From Felis catus (lineage: Eukaryota): a stretch of 64,000 nucleotides of DNA. The notes beneath the pieces are model-generated. The model had not been told where the DNA came from. It saw only the letters and a program-made list of their open reading frames with translations, and searched no databases. How positions within the stretch are numbered: the first letter of the stretch is position 1; every line of letters begins with the position of its first letter. The stretch is taken from positions 25,980,001-26,044,000 of the forward strand of contig NC_058368.1 in assembly GCF_018350175.1 (NCBI RefSeq). The letters run 5' to 3'. Shown here one piece after another: positions 36,231 to 49,629 of the stretch. The position numbers were made by a program, and so were the translations under genes.

Positions 36231-36997
36231 GACCACGAGTTTCTCAGAAAGTACCAGAACGTCTGTAGTTTTCACCGCCAAGTCCCGTTCTATTAGACGG
36301 CACCTGTGGAGTCGCTCACATTTCAGGAAATATTTTCTGCCTAGGGATCTTTCAGAGGAAAACAGAAAAATCCAGCCTCAACTCTGAACCAGTCCAGCCT
36401 CCGAGCCACGGTTACAGCTTATGAATAGCTTGGGCTTTCTTAAGGAGTCCTTAGGCTGTTTGGTGAATTTGCTTGCAGGCACGTGTTTCATACATTCCCT
36501 TGAAAATGGAAACCCAATGATAATCACTAAATAACTGAAGTGTGAATCCTATGAAAACCAACCCGCCACCCCTGGTAAGAAGCCACACAAACTGACAGCC
36601 TCCCAACCCTGTTGTGTTCTTCCGCGTGGGTATCACACAAGTGGGAATAACGCAAGGGCAAAAACGCAAGCAAACGTTTGGCTTTTGATTAGACATTAAA
36701 GCTCAGACAGTCATTGAACTTCTTGAACTCTGTGGCTTCAGTCCAGGTTGGAAAGCAGGTCAAGCAAGTAAAGCTGAAGGTAGAGTGTGGTCTTTTGTTC
36801 TCGAAGGCTTTGAAGATTGTTTCACGGTTAATGTTTGACTGTGGGTCTTAACTACTTTGTCCCTTGGCGTTCTCCCATGCAAACAAAACCTAAGTCTTGC
36901 CGTGAAGGAAGATCTCACTTTTTTTCATTAATGTGAAGAGCATAAACTCTTTCTTTTGGAGGGTAAAGCAAAATGGTGAAGTGTTCAGGGTCTAGAG

Positions 36998-37334
36998 CGG
37001 CGTGGGTCCAGTAGAGGTATAATGTAAGCCGCGTGCGCGGGCCACACATGGCGTGCCTACTTCTCTAGAAGCCACGTTAACAAAAAGTAAAAGCCAACAA
37101 CTAAAACTGACTTTAGTAACATTTTATTGTATCCAGTATAGTCAAAAGCTTATTTCAACATGTGATCAATATCTTAAAAACCATTCATGAGATATTTTAC
37201 ATTCTTTTCTTCATACTAAGTCATCAAAATATAGTGTTTTTTTTCCACTTGCTGCACAGCTCAGTTCCAGTTAGCCACATTTCAAGTACTCAGTAGCCAT
37301 ATGTGACTAGTGGCTACTGTATTGAGCAGGACAG
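36998..37334. mobile_element. MER33-like hAT-Charlie MITE inserted in a MIR
   Basis: 8-bp TSD (g/c)tctagag; tagccacatttcaagtactcagtagccatatgtgactagtggctactgtatt end. Confidence 0.85.
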
Positions 37335-37342
37335 CTCTAGAG

Positions 37343-37550
37343 TCAAATTGTATTGACTTAGAAACTGCCTGATTTTGAGCAAGTTCCTTAAGCATCCCAT
37401 GCCTCAGTTTCCCCATTGGTAGAATGAGAAGAATAATAGGATCTGTCTTATTGGGCCTGTCGTGCAGATGACAAGTACAAATACATTTAAAGCCCTCAAG
37501 GCAGTGCCTAGCATATATTTGATCGATCTGTGTCAGCTAGCATTATTAGT
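37343..37550 (+). mobile_element. MIR (3' part; 5' part at ~36965-36990)
   Basis: ttgagcaagttccttaagcatcccatgcctcagtttccccatt...cagtgcctagcata. Confidence 0.75.
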
Positions 37551-37719
37551 TTTGGCAAAAGTACACAAGGGAAAAGTGTTAGTTTTTCTCCAAAATAGAG
37601 TACTTCAAAACCAAGTGAAACTGAGTTAAATTTAGAGCTTAGATCTGTGTTGGGGTGGTGGGGTGCTGGTGGTGGTGGGATTATTTATTAGCCCAAACCC
37701 GGAACACATACTCAAAGTA

Positions 37720-37932
37720 CTTTATTTTTTTGAACATTTTAAAAAGTTTATTTATTTATTTTGAGAGAGGGAGCACAAGTGGGGAAAGGGCAGGGAGAGA
37801 GGGAGAGAGAATCTCAAGCAGGCTCTGCACCACCGGGGCAGAGCCCGATAGGGGGCTTACGTTCATGAACGTAAGGATCACGACCTGAGCCGAAGTCAGT
37901 TGCGTTAACCGACGGAGCCACCCAGGGGCCCC
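37720..37932 (-). mobile_element. Can-SINE
   Basis: TSD caaagtactt. Confidence 0.92.
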
Positions 37933-38175
37933 CAAAGTACTTGAATCTTTGATTTCATCAGACCAGTAAAATGTAAAATGGCCTTACGTCTACACCTGTG
38001 GCAACAGGAAGCGAGAAGAGTTTAACTAGCTACCTGTCGGCTGTTTCCCCACCTTGTCAGTAATATTTAAGGCAGTTGAATAGTTGTGTGCATTTGTAAA
38101 AGTGCATGCATTTCGATTTTGATGGGTAGAATTTAGAACTTTTCAAATTTTAGAACTTTTAAAATAATAAAACAA

Positions 38176-38390
38176 GGGCGCCCGGGTGGTTCAGTCAGTT
38201 GAGCGTCCGACTTCGGCTCAGGTTATGATTTCAAGGTCCGTGAGTTGGAGCCCTGCATCGGGCTCTGTGCTGACAGCTCAGAGTCTGGAGCCTGCTTTGG
38301 ATTCTGTGTCTCCCTCTCTCTCTGTACCTCCCCTGCTCACCCTCTGTCTCTCTCTTTCTCTCAAAAATAAACATTAAAAGAAATAAAAAA
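38176..38390 (+). mobile_element. Can-SINE
   Basis: TSD aaaataataaaaca 38161-38174 and 38391-38404. Confidence 0.95.
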
Positions 38391-38819
38391 AAAATAATAA
38401 AACATTCAATGTTAAGCTGAAATTCCTTGCCTTGTTTTCTAAAGCAGTTTTGCCTGTGAGTGACTGTCACATCCTGGGTGACTTCTGCAATGTCCCTGAT
38501 CTCAGGGTTTCATCTTGGTGCTCCAGAGGCACACCAGAGGAGTGGAGCATTTGCTTTGTGGCCACAGGGGCCAATTTGTTACGTGAATTTTTTCTTAATC
38601 CCTTCTTCTGTACCTGTGAATGAGCATAAGAGAGATGTAATTTTTGATGGGGCCACATCGTCAGGGCTTATCCACACGTGGCCAAGACTGAACAGTATTA
38701 AGAAGACCCACAGAGGTCAGAAAACTGGCAATCAGGTTCCATTTTGCCTTCATCCTTAGTTTTAGTGATGGCACCAAACATCTCCATGACATGTGCTCAA
38801 AGTACATTTGCATCTTTTG

Positions 38820-39378
38820 TAGGAGGTATGAGGGGTTTGGGTCTGATCAAGGAAAACAATATGACCATGTTTCAGGCAGTAACATGAAAGCTTTATTGGG
38901 CCATGCTTGGACAGGGTTGTGTGAAAGGGGAAGTCTCTCACAGCATGAGACCATCCAGAGGCTCCAGGAAGCCCACCTCCAGAAGGGAAGGAGAGTAGAG
39001 GAGCTCCTGGCAGAGAGCAGTGGGGTGGGGAGAAGGGAGTGGGGGATAAGGGGGTGGGGTGGGGCACTCAGCACATGGTGCGGGGTCTCTGGGTAAGAGA
39101 ACACTGAAAGGTGGTTTTAGCTTGGGGTCTTGTAATTAGAAGTCTCTATCTTATCAATGGCCAACAGGTACTGGGCAAGTTTTTGAGGGGTATGCAAAAC
39201 TCTAGAGGTGGGCTCTAAATGGCTACAAATCTGCTTGTTTGGCTATATATCCTGGCATGTAAAAATTTCAATTTGGTGTCAGCGGGCTTTTGAACAAATG
39301 AGTCTCAGCCTACAGTGGAAAACATATACGACCTAGGGGCCAATGCACAGAAGCCATTTTTGACCAATTTATGTAACA
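38820..39378 (-). mobile_element. Old ERV LTR-like element, family uncertain
   Basis: Minus-strand AATAAA near 38892, LTR-like composition, ends tgtaaca; no TSD identified. Confidence 0.4.
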
Positions 39379-41612
39379 ATCTTACATTCCACGTGTGAAC
39401 AGTGTGGCCACGCAGAAAGCACACTTTCTGGAGAAAACCTTGGGTTCTCATTGTGGCCGTGCCATTTCCTAGCTGTCAATCTGTTGGGACTCCCTGGCCT
39501 CATCCGTAAAATGAGGGGTGGGACAGATGGCCTCTGAAGCGTCCAGCTCTAAATATTTATTACTCCCAGGTTCTTGAAACATCCTCATGACAGTAGACAG
39601 GGTATGTTTTATTATTTCCATTTGTTGGATGAGAGATGCGAAGCACAGAGTTGTTAAGTGCTGAGCGTTTCATCAGATCTCACCCGGTTCCTGGCAGAGA
39701 ATTGGATTAGGGTTCATGTTTGGGGATGTTTGTCTCTTTTGTGTTTTCTTATTACCCTGATGGGAAAACAAGGGGAAATCTTTGCAAAAGGTTGCTCTGG
39801 AAGTGAAATTAAGATTCTGCCACTGTACGTGGCTGAAGCCCAAGCAAGAGGTAACTCAGATTGAAGATTTATAGGAATAACATCCTGTTATCATTCTATT
39901 TTCTTTATGTGTTTATATATATAAACATTTAGAGAAAAAGAACTACAGTAGCACTTCCTTTGTTGCTCTCTATAAAATTACCGAGTGGATGAGACATTAT
40001 TCCTAAAGACCCCACGCCTGGTGATGTTGCATATGGTACCAGTATTTCCTCTGCACCAATGGGGCTGTTATCATCCTGCACTGATTTCTCAAGTATGTGC
40101 TCTGAACTCTCACTTCTAACACAGGTCTTCTCATGGCATTACTGAAAAGTCATGAAGATTTGTTGCTGTTTTTAATAAAGCATATCAGTCTTGGAGGCTG
40201 TGCTTCAGAAATACGCTCTGTTTCACTCACCATTATTGGGACCATGTAGAGAGTTTGACTTCTTATGGCCAACAGCTAGGGAGCATTTCCTTCTGAAAGG
40301 AGGGAGGTTTACTTGAAACTAAATGAGTTTTAAAACCTTTATCCTGAGACTTGCCTGAATTGTAAAATAAATCATACAGGAGTTTTGGTGAATTTTTTGG
40401 CTCTGAAAGCTTCTATATTTGACTGCCCCAGAACGCTCTGTTCTCTGTTAAGCCATGTCCATTGGTTTCTGGCTCCAACATTTCAGAGGACTTTGTGACC
40501 CTGTTTTCCAGACCTGAGTTTAATTGGATAGTTAATTATCTGAGCAGGAACACATAAGCCAAGTTGAGTTTGGGGGTGAAGCCTGCGATCTCTGGTCCAC
40601 CTCGGCCGACAAGAAAGTCTTTGTGAACCTTTGTTGATTATATTTTTACATAAGCAGATGTTCCATATAGCAGAGGAAAGAGACCAGGGAGAAGGGCCTG
40701 TAACCAGATCGTGTTTAGCTAAGAGGAAGACAAAAGCCCCTTTATCTTTTTGCAATAACTTAGCTGAGGGAGACCTGAGGCCTGAGCTGTGAGGCCCTCG
40801 TTTCAGTTCCAGGCAGGCATTTGAGCTGAACAGGAAGGAATGAAGGTCGTTTGCTTGGCCTCAGCCTTCAGTCATGATTTCTGATTAGCATGTTGTTCTG
40901 AGATGAAATTTGTAAGCACCTCGAATAATTTCTTCTTCCTCTCATTCCAGGAATTTTTTAGTTAGGCATTTTCAAAAGTTTCTTTCTTTTAAACTCACTT
41001 GACTCAGGCTACTAGACTGCCTTCACTAGTTCAGGGTTTCCATAACAACCAACTGGAGGATCCATTCAAGTCCATCCACAATGACCTTAATGAAAATGAT
41101 GTCACAGCACTTAGAATAGATGTCCCTTCTCTAGAGCTCAGCTAGTCTCCTCAAGCTTCTGATGACTGTCTATGAAAGAGCCCTCCCCTCTGCCTCACAA
41201 ATGCCGCACATTTTATTATCCCCCTGCTCCAAATGGGCACCCATCTAGGGTCCATAATCGCAACCATACTGTATTTGGCCTTCTAAAAGTTTTTCCGGAT
41301 TCTGAAGTGCTGTTCCCAATTTGTCTGCCTTGGAACTTACATCCATTTGACTGTTCTCACCACCTCCCTAGAAACTATTCTCTCCAGTAAGCTTTCCTTA
41401 ATGCCTCTCCTTGGGACATGGCTCTATTCTCCAGAGGTACACAGTCACAGGCCCTGCCTTAGCGTTAGGCCTACTGTAACATTTGTGGGGGTTGGGCAAG
41501 AGTCCAAATGGAGGCCATTTACCACATGTCTAAGTGTTTAAACATCATAAAGCAAGTTTATGAGCTGTCAAATAAACTATGTCTGTCCTCCTACCCTGAC
41601 AAATATATCTCC

Positions 41613-42177
41613 TGTCAATGCCATTCAGGCATAGATCACCAGGAACATACCTTTGGTGGAACAAAGTTGGGTGGATTGACTCATACCAATGAGAGAGAGA
41701 CTCTACCCCATGGGGAACCAAGGGACATCTCGTGCAGTGTTAGAAAGGGCGTAGTAGACATTTGGGCTTATGATGGGTGACTAGGGGAGAGTTTAGGAAG
41801 GTATGGTTTTGCTCTGGGTTAAATGGATGCTGTAAAAAAGTGGGGTGGTCCTGTGACTGGGTACCTTAACAAAGTGGGAAGGTGCTGTGGCTGGTGAAGA
41901 AACAGTAGTCAGTCTTCTTAGCCAGGGTAGGGGGATAGTGGTCATTGCTGTGCTTTGAATAATGTTCTCAGTTTGGTCTGTGCTCAGACGTGAGTACAAA
42001 GAGGTCTTGGTTTTCTCTTACTCTGTCATGGTCACAGTGTGGCCTGTCGCTTGTGATCTGTGAAGTTGTTTATGCTCAGTCGGAGGACATCAGTACTCAC
42101 CTGAATGCCAAGGCCAGTTCTGGGTCATACCAAGCCTGGCTGATGGGGCTATGCTGCTTTTCTGTTTCTCTTCTCAT
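41613..42177 (-). mobile_element. ERVL-type LTR (MER73/74-like)
   Basis: Minus strand begins tgagaagagaaacagaaaagcagc...gaactggccttggca; TG...CA ends. Confidence 0.5.
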
Positions 42178-42727
42178 TTCTGTCTTGACAAGGAGGGCCA
42201 GGTTTGAATGTAGAAATCCTGGGCTCCTCAGTGTTCTGTGCCAGAATGTGGCAGTGAGGTGGCGGCTTCTCTGCCCTCCTCTCCTCCCCTTCCTGGCTTC
42301 TTCCCACCGCTGTATCTATCTTCTGCTGTGAAAGGTCTGACCCTCAGCAGCACTCATGTCCCATCCCACACATCCAAGCTGACCCGTGGCCACCACTTGG
42401 GCCTAGACATCTGCATGCTGGCTGTGAGATACATCCTCAGGAGGGTGAACTCAGAAAAGAGGACTGCACAGGCCTGGGAAGCAGGCTCCGGGCTGTTTGG
42501 ACCAGAAATTCCAGGGTCCTGGGTACCTGGAATATAATCTAGTGGTTGGTTTTAGGGGCCTTCATTCCCTCAGTCCCGCAGACTTCTCACCTTGTGGGGA
42601 AGGGCACTGTCAGAAGAGGGTCAGTGGGGAGGCTGCTTGCCCGGGTCTCAGAGGGTCTGCCTCTAACTGTTGATTCCCTGAGTTGACCTGTTCATTATAG
42701 TGACCTCCCTCATCCAGCAGGACTTCT

Positions 42728-42885
42728 TTTTTTTTTTTTTTTTAATATATGAAATTTATTGTCAAATTGGTTTCCATACAGCACCCAGTGCTCATCCCAA
42801 AAGATGCCCTCTTCAATACCCATCACCCACCCTCCCTGCCCTCCCACCCCCCCATCAACCCTCAGTTTGTTCTTAGTTTTTCAGA
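42728..42885 (-). mobile_element. 5'-truncated felid L1 (3' UTR end plus polyA)
   Basis: PolyT then aatatatgaaatttattgtcaaattggtttccatac; perfect TSD cagcaggacttct 42715-42727 and 42886-42898. Confidence 0.9.
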
Positions 42886-43849
42886 CAGCAGGACTTCTGA
42901 TCCCAGTCTCCGGTAGCTGGTCTGGTTCTGTTTCACTCACACTGTCATATTAGACAGTCACTCAGGGTACACACCCAAACTGATGGGAAAGGTGAAAGCC
43001 ACTCAATGTTCGAAGCTATTTCTATTCCCTCAACTTTTTCAAAGAAAGAGACGAATACATAAAAACTTGTTCAAAATCAATGTTCATGTAAATGGCCTAC
43101 CTCTGTAGAAGTGAAAATATGTCCCGAATGCGCCAAGGTTCGCCGAAGTGCAGTGATTGGTGAGTTACATTTCCTGAGAAGCTAAACTAACTAGTTTTAT
43201 GAATTCTACCTTCCTTTAAAGTTTGGGCTTTTAGATTAGAATTAGAGTTAACATTTCCAGAACTAGTTTCTATAGTGTATTTTGCTTCTCATCTAAGAAT
43301 ATCTTGGGTTCCTCTCTCACTTCTTACTTTTTGAAAGAGGAAAGTCTTTCCTTCTTATTCTAGTCAGTAGGAAGTGTGACCTCTAGTTTTTGTGCTCAAA
43401 GAATCCTCCTTTAGGTAATAATGACCTCAGGTGGTAAGACTTCAGGATGTTGGGACTAAAGGTTTGTAAAGGCAGGCACTGAGAGGTTATAGGAAAAAAT
43501 GTTGGAACACAGCAGACTCCCTGAGAAAGGACATCCTGTTTCACTCTTTAAGTATCTTCTGGAATGGGCTCATTTCTTCAAACATAAAAATGATAAAATC
43601 ACATTCTTTATCTGTATGGGCCCATTTTACAAGAGGATTCTTTTTTCATCACCTGCAAATGTATATTTTTACATTTCTTAGGTTTATCCAAAATAATACT
43701 TGTTCCTTCTTTCAAGTACTAGTATTTAAAACCGATTCGCCCTGCCATTCATCACTGCTAGTGAAGCTTTGGAGGGCCGTTTGGATGCATTTCCTTCCTT
43801 GATTTTCTCCCACCTCTTCCTCCCTTCCTTCCATGAGTGTAACCAACGA

Positions 43850-44045
43850 AGAGGGTAGGTTTACAGCCCAACTTTCTGTTGAAACCTAACGCTATCATTT
43901 GCTAACTGGGCGATCACGGACCTCAGTTGAACCTTCCCTCTCCCATAAAATAGGAGAAATAACATTAGTTATTTTGTAAGGTTGTGAGGGCTAAATGGAA
44001 GGTGCTCAGTATGGTGCCTGGCACAAAGTAAGCATTCAATACATA
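43850..44045 (+). mobile_element. MIR
   Basis: cataaaataggagaaataac...gtaaggttgtgagggctaaatg...gtgcctggcacaaagtaagcattcaata. Confidence 0.7.
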
Positions 44046-44069
44046 CAAACATTGATTTTTTTTTTCCCC

Positions 44070-44430
44070 ACAGTGTTTATTAAGTGCCCACTCTTAATAA
44101 GGCACTGTGTGAAATGGTGAGGACACGGTAACAAACTAGATATCTTCCTTATTCTCTGGGAGTGTACCGTACAGAGATGGGAGACAGGGGAGTAAATAAA
44201 TGGACATCCTAGGATGGGAATTGAGATTGCCATAGGAGTGACCAGGGGGAAACTCTATCTGGTTTTGAGAAGCCAGGAAAGGCTTTATAGCTCCACTGAC
44301 ACCAAAAGGGTGGATAGCAACCAACAAGGTGATGTGGGATCTGATGAGGCCTTCCAAGCAGTGGGAACAGCATGTGCAAAGTCCCAGAGGCAAGAGAGAC
44401 CACAGCAACTGCAATAAGACTGAAAAGAAA
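44070..44430 (-). mobile_element. L2 fragment
   Basis: tttattaagtgcccact...ggcactgtg; gggaacagcatgtgcaaagtcccagagg. Confidence 0.7.
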
Positions 44431-45699
44431 TGAGCCAACTTTATTTTTCTGTATCCTTTTTCTTGTGAATTATTCTCTGTTCCTCACAGGTCCCAAGTGG
44501 ATCCCAGAATGATTGCATCTTGTGTAAAGCGGCTAAGGCGAGATGCTCCTTCTTGGAGATATCTTCACACTGTGCTTTGCTTACCTCTTCCTTTACCTGC
44601 CCTCAACCATCAGCTACTTTTGGGTCTTGTTCAGGATTCTCCCTCTCTGGATTTATCCCTTCCAGGGAATATTTGTTTTAGCTTCTTTTACCCTTTTAGG
44701 CTTCATCTGTTATTTTAGGTTTACTCTCTTCCCGTTTTATGATGTCTTAGATTCCCCCCCTCCTTTTTTTTCCCTGTTGCTTTTAGTGCCTCCAGCTGAT
44801 GGCCTCTTTCTAAATCTCAGTAGTTCATTCCATTTCTTCTGTTCCATCAGTCACTAAAACATTAACATTTGCTTGATCTCCAAAATGGTCTTTGGGACGT
44901 AGTCCTTCCTTTCATACTAATCACCCCCCTTGCTTTGTGATGCTTTTGCTAGATTTTTAAGGTGCTCTTGGCCAAGATATCAAAGTTGATGTTACAATAA
45001 ACAATGTCACATGCTTTTGAAGAACATGCTTTGCTGGTCCTACATAAATAATTTCTGTTGGGTATTTCAGCATTCCTTGGGTATTTCAGCCCAAGATACT
45101 CAGATACTCCAAATGAATTTAGAGACTGGCTTAAAACTGCATATGTTAGATATCTTAGAAAACCGTCACTTTTAATCCCAATTTTGAGATCTTCACCCAC
45201 CATAACTTCCCAATGGTGATAACAGAAGTTAACCTATTTTGCACACTTGTTAATGTGCTAAATTCTTTGCCGAATGAATATGAGCACCATTTCATTTTAC
45301 TCTTATTAAAAAAACCTACACGGTGGATGCTCTTTTATAGATTAGATTTAGGGTGTTTTGGCGCTCTTCCAGTGTCACACACTAACACGCGACGTGTCAG
45401 GAATCAAGCCCTCTCCGCAAGCCTCTGCTCTCACTCACCGCACTGGGTGGCCAGGTGGCCTTCAAGCCGTGAAGGCACAAGTGAAGGAGAAGTTGGAGAT
45501 GTTGACAGGCAGTCAGGCTGGCAGTGTGAATTCTAAGGGTGTGGGGTTTGTCTCTCTTCTGGGATTTTTTATCCAGATGCCCTATCCCTCTCGTAGCTAA
45601 AAGGTAATGCAGCTCAATCTTTTCTGCTGACCTGCAGCACCCCGGGCCCGTTAATTTTTTCTAGAATGATATTAGTATTGTGTTTATGATTTTAAAAAC

Positions 45700-45920
45700 G
45701 TGTCCTCGACTTTGAAGACATGCATATTGCACAATGATGTGATGCCTGGGGTTGGCTTCAAAATAATTCCTTTGGTGGACAAAGTGGAGGGAACTATAAA
45801 GAAACCACGACTGGCTGTGATTGTTGTAATTGGGCATCTGTTGAGGTAGATGGTCTCCGTTCTACTATACTCTATAATTTTGTGTGTATTGAAAACTGAT
45901 CATGACAAAGTGTTAAAAAC
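45700..45920 (+). mobile_element. Old L1M 3' end fragment
   Basis: gatgcctggggttggcttcaaaataattc...tactatactctataattttgtgtgtattgaaa. Confidence 0.6.
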
Positions 45921-46529
45921 ATTTCTGAGCAACTTCACTTGCCTCCTGTAAGGCTATCCTTGCTCCCCAACTCCCCTGGTGAATTGTATTTCATTTTCTT
46001 TTTTAGAGGCTCATCTACAGTTCGCCAGTCATTTAAGATCAGCATTTGTTCAGGCATCTTCCTTGTGGATCTTCTTTTCACTTTTCTGTGATAAGACTTT
46101 TAAAAAGCTTGGTTATTATAATGCATATATTCTTTAACCCTCCACCCATCTTTTTTTTTTTTTTTTTTTTTTGGTTAAAGCAGAATTTGACTGCTGATAC
46201 CATCTTTTTCCCCATGGGTCTCTTCTCTTCAATTCTCGAACACACTTTTTTCTCTACAAATAGATTTTGTTTGTGCAGTTAATTATGGCGTGATTTTGGT
46301 ACACTTTTCTGTAGGAATCCTTTTTCAGAAGGACTGTGGTGCTCCAAGTTTGAGGTGAATGTTGACTCTTTTTCACTATTATGAGACTCAAGTGGCTATG
46401 ATGGGTCTTCTCTATGAGACAGACTTATATTAAAAAAGTTTTATTTAAACAGAGCTCAGGTTGAATGATGGTCTTGCCTATTTATTTGTGTTTCATTCGC
46501 TAGTTTATCAATAAAAATTGTTAAATTCT

Positions 46530-46748
46530 GGGGCGCCTGGGTGGCGCAGTCGGTTAAGCGTCTGACTTCAGCCAGGTCACGATCTCGCGGTCCGTGAGTT
46601 CGAGCCCCGCGTCAGGCTCTGGGCTGATGGCTCAGAGCCTGGAGCCTGTTTCCGATTCTGTGTCTCCCTCTCTCTCTGCCCCTCCCCCGTTCATGCTCTG
46701 TCTCTCTCTGTCCCAAAAATAAATAAAAAACGTTGAAAAAAATTAAAA
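46530..46748 (+). mobile_element. Can-SINE, youngest cat-type subfamily
   Basis: TSD aaaaattgttaaattc 46513-46528 and 46749-46764. Confidence 0.97.
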
Positions 46749-46802
46749 AAAAATTGTTAAATTCCTACACATATTGAGCATATAAAATACAATTTACTGT
46801 CC

Positions 46803-46932
46803 TTTTTTTAAAAAAAATTAACGTTATCTATTTTTGAGAGACAGAGAGAGACAGAGAGAGACAGAGCTTGAGTGGGGGATGGGCAGAGAGAGAGGGAGAC
46901 ACAGAATCTGACTGAGCCCCCCCAGGTGCCCC
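46803..46932 (-). mobile_element. Can-SINE with large internal deletion
   Basis: gacacagaatctg joins directly to actgagcc; TSD caattta(c/t)tgtc. Confidence 0.88.
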
Positions 46933-47129
46933 AATTTATTGTCTTAACTACTAATACTTTTGTAGGGATTTTACAAAATATTATTTAAAAAATTATGTTA
47001 TACTAAAACTGAATTTGGATTATAGCCAACATTGGCTGAATTTTATTCTTTAGGGATTATGAAGTTCAAATTTCTTTTTATATGGTATACACTAAAAAGT
47101 ATGATCAGGAGGAGAGGATTTATTTGTTC

Positions 47130-47375
47130 GTTCATTCACTCAATAAATATCTATTGAGGTCCTAGCCTGTACAAATATTCTTCCAAGTCTATGGATACTT
47201 TGTCAAACAGATGAACTTCCCTGCCCTCTTATAGCTTATATTCTACTGGAGGAGACAGATAACAAAGAAAATAAGCAAGTTTATACAAAGCTTGTCAGAG
47301 AGCAACAAGTGGGCAGAACCTGAGTAGGGAAGGAAAGGGGAAGTGTGGGTTGCAATGTTAGAAAGGTCAGGCAAA
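47130..47375 (-). mobile_element. L2 3' fragment
   Basis: ttcattcactcaataaatatctattgaggtcctag...ccctgccctcttatagcttatattcta. Confidence 0.7.
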
Positions 47376-47599
47376 GGGGCACCTGGGTGGCTCAGTCAGT
47401 TAAGCATTAATCGTTTGCCTTCTGCTCAGGTCATGATCTCGAGGTTTTTGGGTTTGAGCCCCGGTTCACGCTCTGTGCTGACAGCTCAGAGCCTGAAACC
47501 TGCTTCAGATTCTGTCTCTCTCTCTCTCTGCCCCTCCCCCATTCATGCTATGTCCCTCTCTGTCTCAAATATAAATAAACATTAAAAAAAATTTAAAAA
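47376..47599 (+). mobile_element. Can-SINE
   Basis: Full body and tail. Confidence 0.93.
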
Positions 47600-47822
47600 G
47601 GGGCGCGTGGGTGGCTCAGTCAGTTGTGCGTCTGACCTCGGCTCAGGCCATGATTTCACGGTTCGTGAGTTTGAGCTCCACGTCGGGCTCTGTGCTGACA
47701 GCTCAGAGCCTGGAGCCTGCTTCAGATTCTGTGTCTCCCTCTCTCTCTTCACCTGCTCTCTCTCTCTCTCTCAAAAATAAATAAACATCAAAAAAAATTT
47801 TTTTTAATTAAAAAAAAATAAA
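47600..47822 (+). mobile_element. Can-SINE (tandem with previous)
   Basis: Begins directly after the A tail of the previous copy. Confidence 0.93.
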
Positions 47823-48019
47823 GTTGGGGGGGTACTGGATTGGATAAAAATTTGGGAGTCTCTTTTGTCACCAGTGGCTTCCTAGGATGTTTATAAAATT
47901 AAATGAGGGCTCCCAGGTAAAAATCCCAGAAACATCCTTAATGGCCTCTGTTAGTCGGCAAAATTCCGATTGCTGTTTAGAATCAAAAAAGGATAGAAAA
48001 GGAAAAAAAAGGAGAAAAG

Positions 48020-48220
48020 AAAAAGGCTTTGGACCTCAAACAGACGTGTTGGAAGCCTGCTCTACCATATAATGTGGCTGGGTGACCTTGAACAAGTTAC
48101 TCAACTTCTCTGAGCCTCTCCTTTAGAAAAATGGCAGGCTGTACATCTCCAGAGTTGTGTGCTGTTAAAATCTGATAGTGGATAAACTTGTACAGAGCTG
48201 CTGAGTGATGTTAGCTTTTC
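48020..48220 (+). mobile_element. MIR
   Basis: gggtgaccttgaacaagttactcaacttctctgagcctc. Confidence 0.75.
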
Positions 48221-49629
48221 CCCTTGATGCTGACTGCTTAAATGGAATTTATAGCCAAGTGGCTCACCAGTGAGGAGGCAGATGTCCCTGGGGAGGGGGG
48301 AAAAGCACTCTGGTGTGAGGAGGGAGCTCCAGGTAGGTGTGGAGGGGAGAGCCGGGCCCCCACTTCCCACACCTCTGCACAGTGTGATGCCATGTCCCAG
48401 CATGTATGTGTTGAGTTGAATTCTTGCACATAAGGTGACTGTTTCAATGTAGGGACTGTTTTTTGGCATTTTAAATATTTACAATTATACATGGTTTCTA
48501 GGGAAATCCCAAAGGCATTACAAGTTTTGCCTACAGAGATGAGTCCTGAATATTGGGGAGCATCTCTCTTCAGAAACTGTGATATTGCAGAATCCAGCCA
48601 GTGGTGGTAAAGGATTACAGTCAGGACCCTGGAACCAGAATATTCCATCCCATGAACTTAATAGAGGTCTCTTTACCAGTAAAATCTCACATTAGTGTAA
48701 AAACACTGCGTTTTGCTTTCCTTACGTGAACTTGAAGTTTAGCAGTCTTGAGTCTTTCTAAGTGGTCTGATTGCTGGCTAAGGGGTCCACACAATGGAAG
48801 CAGATGATGTGTTGTGTGGGTGTTTATAGCTAACCCCCCAGAGTACTTCTGTCTCTGATGGGATCCCTTTTTGGCAAAATCATAGGGGTCCTATCACTCT
48901 GCCTGCCTCTCAGCCTCTTTCTCAAACTCCAGGAGCACCACATACCCTGAACTCGGAAGAGCCTCCCCTCTGTCTTGTCCCTTTGAATATGGGTTCTCCC
49001 AGCTGGTGGAGTTGTGTGACTCTGCTTAACAACACCCTGCGCCCAGACCCTGCACCAGCCCGACTGGCCAGAGGGAAGGATGACTTTACAGTGGATCTTC
49101 CCCCCTCCCCCCGCCCCCCCCCGCCCAGTACTGCCTCTCTTTTCCCTCTGTGCTCACCACTCTTTCAGTAGGAGGTATTACAGTCTCTTTCCTTGGAAAC
49201 TGAGGCCCAGGGACCCCAGACAAGGAGGAAAGGGGATGCTAGATTTCCCACTATCTCTGCACTACCCGCTTGGAACCATTTTTTCTTAAATACTAAGGGG
49301 AAAGGTGACTACATGAGGCTAGAGTCAAGTCACAGATTAAAAATAAAGCAATGAATTAAAAAAAAATTCTTGCTCAAGATGCTCCTGAGCATTTGCTCTT
49401 GGAATAACTCCTGGAGGGCCGATACCTTAAAGCATGGACAGCACTGCGTGCCCAGAGAAACCTGTGATTAGATCCACCAGATCCTGTGAGACGAGCTCTC
49501 CAGAGACTGCAATGGCTGTTTTCCTTGAGGTCTAGCACTGTACAAAGGGAGGCACATTAGCGATTTAAAAAGACATTTTTAAAAATCATGCTTGCTTTTT
49601 TTCTGACTGTAAAAGTAATGTATGTGCAT

